A stretch of DNA of 64,000 nucleotides, taken from contig CP158635.1 of assembly GCA_050273025.1 (NCBI GenBank), forward strand, positions 1,302,001 through 1,366,000, given 5' to 3'. This stretch comes from Cenococcum geophilum. Its lineage: Eukaryota. The notes beneath the pieces are model-generated. The model saw only the letters and a list, made by a program, of their open reading frames with translations, had not been told where the DNA came from and searched no databases. The stretch's first letter is position 1. Each line of letters starts with the position of its first letter. Positions 62,562-64,000 of the stretch are shown here, one piece after another. The translations under genes and the position numbers were made by a program.

Positions 62562-64000
62562 ATGGCTGACCGCGAGGTAATTGAGTTAGCCGTCCATAAA
62601 GACGCGGAGCGCGGCGACCCAGTGTCTCCTTCGATGAGTGAATCGTATGCAATTTCGAGGCGGCAGCAGTTGGATGTGAGTGTCCGGTGTCTGAACAAAT
62701 GAAGCAGACAGCTTCTGACTGCCCTCTAGACGTTCATTACCGTGAAGCCTGCTGTGGCCTTTGGCCTGACGCTCCTCTCCACCTGGGAAGGCATTGGCAT
62801 CACCATCGGCGCCGGCTTGCTCAATGGAGGCCCGACTGCCCTCGTATGGGGACTGTTGTTCGCAGCGATCGGGTCCACCGCAATTGCTCTCAGTCTTGGT
62901 GAGATGGCATCGATGTGAGTACTTGCGTGAAGGCCAAAGGCCTCCGTTTCGCTGATCGCTTCGAGAACTCCTGTGGTAGGGGCGCAATATCGCTGGACTG
63001 GGCTCTATGCTCCGCGTATCATGACTCCCGCTTTTTGGAGCTTGCTTCAAGGTGAGTTTGTGCTCCTCGAAACGTACCGCACGAGAACGGAGCTAAAAGT
63101 TGGCAGGATGGTTGACGGTGAGCTCATCCTGGCCCTGTCCGATAACCCCAAAGCTCAGTCCACTAATATCCTCCTAGACCTTCGCCTGGATCTCCATCTC
63201 TGCCTCAACAGCCTACGTCTGCGGTGCAATGACACAAGGACTGATCGGGTTGAACAACCCCACGTACGTTCCCAAGCTATGGCACATTACGTTGCTGATG
63301 TGGGCATATCTCGCTCTCAATGTAATCCTAAACGTATATGGTAGGAGGCTTCTGGTTACTGTCGAGATGTTTGGCGGATTCATCCACTTGGCGTTCTTTG
63401 TAGCAACAGTTGTGACTCTTGCAGTTATGGGACCGAAGAGCTCTGCGTCATTTGTGTTTACAGAGTCGTTCTTTGGACAGAGCGGCTGGTCGAACAAGAC
63501 TGTTCAGTGGTGTTTGGGTTTGCTAACGAGTACATCTCTTCTAACTGGTAAGATTAAGGATAATCTATTGCTGTGCCGACATGGCTAATTGCGCCTAGGC
63601 TTCGACGGAGTGCTCCACTTAAGCAGCGAGATGAAAGACGCACCAAGGAAGGTCCCACAGAGCATGGTCCTTGGCGTGCTCATCAACGCACTCCTCGCCT
63701 TTGCCTTCGTTCTCGTCCTGCTTTTCTTCATGGGCGACCCCATGGCAGCACTCATGACCCCCACCGGATACCCAGTGATCGAAATCTATCTTCAAGCAAC
63801 CGGATCAATCACTGGCGCTACGGTATTAACCTGCTTTATAATCGTACCAGCTGCGGTGTGTCAGTTCAGCATCTTTGCATCCGTGACTCGTCTGGTGTGG
63901 GCATTTGCTAGGGATAAAGGCCTTCCATTTTCCTCTTTCTTCAGCGTTGTACGACCACCGCCCCTGTCTGAAGAGTCATTATAACTGATATCGAGCAGGT
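62562..64000 (+). CDS. Amino acid/choline/GABA permease (APC superfamily, ACT family; Hnm1/Uga4-like), 3'-partial; exons 62562-62675, 62730-62914, 62966-63051, 63107-63117, 63178-63547, 63599-63948, 63999-
   Basis: STWEG, NGGPTALVWG, SLGEMASI.P..GAQYRW, GWLT.FAW, GFDGVLHLSSEMKDAPRKVP and RLVWAFARDKGLPFS motifs; six 50-60 nt introns with branch sites. Confidence 0.93.

Noticed and set aside
1..64000. Starship or other giant cargo element
   Set aside because: No DUF3435 tyrosine-recombinase captain or typical cargo genes are recognisable. The window could still lie inside a larger element whose ends are not visible.

Overview
Filamentous-ascomycete (Pezizomycotina-type) genomic DNA dominated by nested transposable elements carrying heavy RIP-type C->T/G->A damage (TpA excess, TAA/TAG stops at Gln/Trp/Arg codons). 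Two intact host genes are present: a secreted BBE-like FAD-linked oxidoreductase (14767-16391, with a GC-AG intron) and an ACT-family amino-acid/choline/GABA permease (62562 to beyond the window end, with an 11-nt micro-exon). TE content resolved with TSDs: a Tc1-like element with ~155-bp TIRs and ~2.4 kb of unexplained cargo; four full-length Gypsy chromoviruses plus one 5'-truncated copy and one relic; two Copia elements (one GalEa-like); a full-length Tad1-like LINE; a piggyBac relic; an ~830-bp foldback; and a cluster of MITEs. The most unusual observations: (i) a ~45-bp double-palindrome module shared by the 3' UTRs of different Gypsy elements but missing from a sibling copy; (ii) an intron-containing antisense Cys6/coiled-coil gene inside a Gypsy element; (iii) two related MITEs inserted at the mirror-identical TA in the two TIRs of another MITE; (iv) a Tc1 insertion into a TA apparently created by RIP. 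All analysis was by eye; de-RIPed translations are reconstructions.
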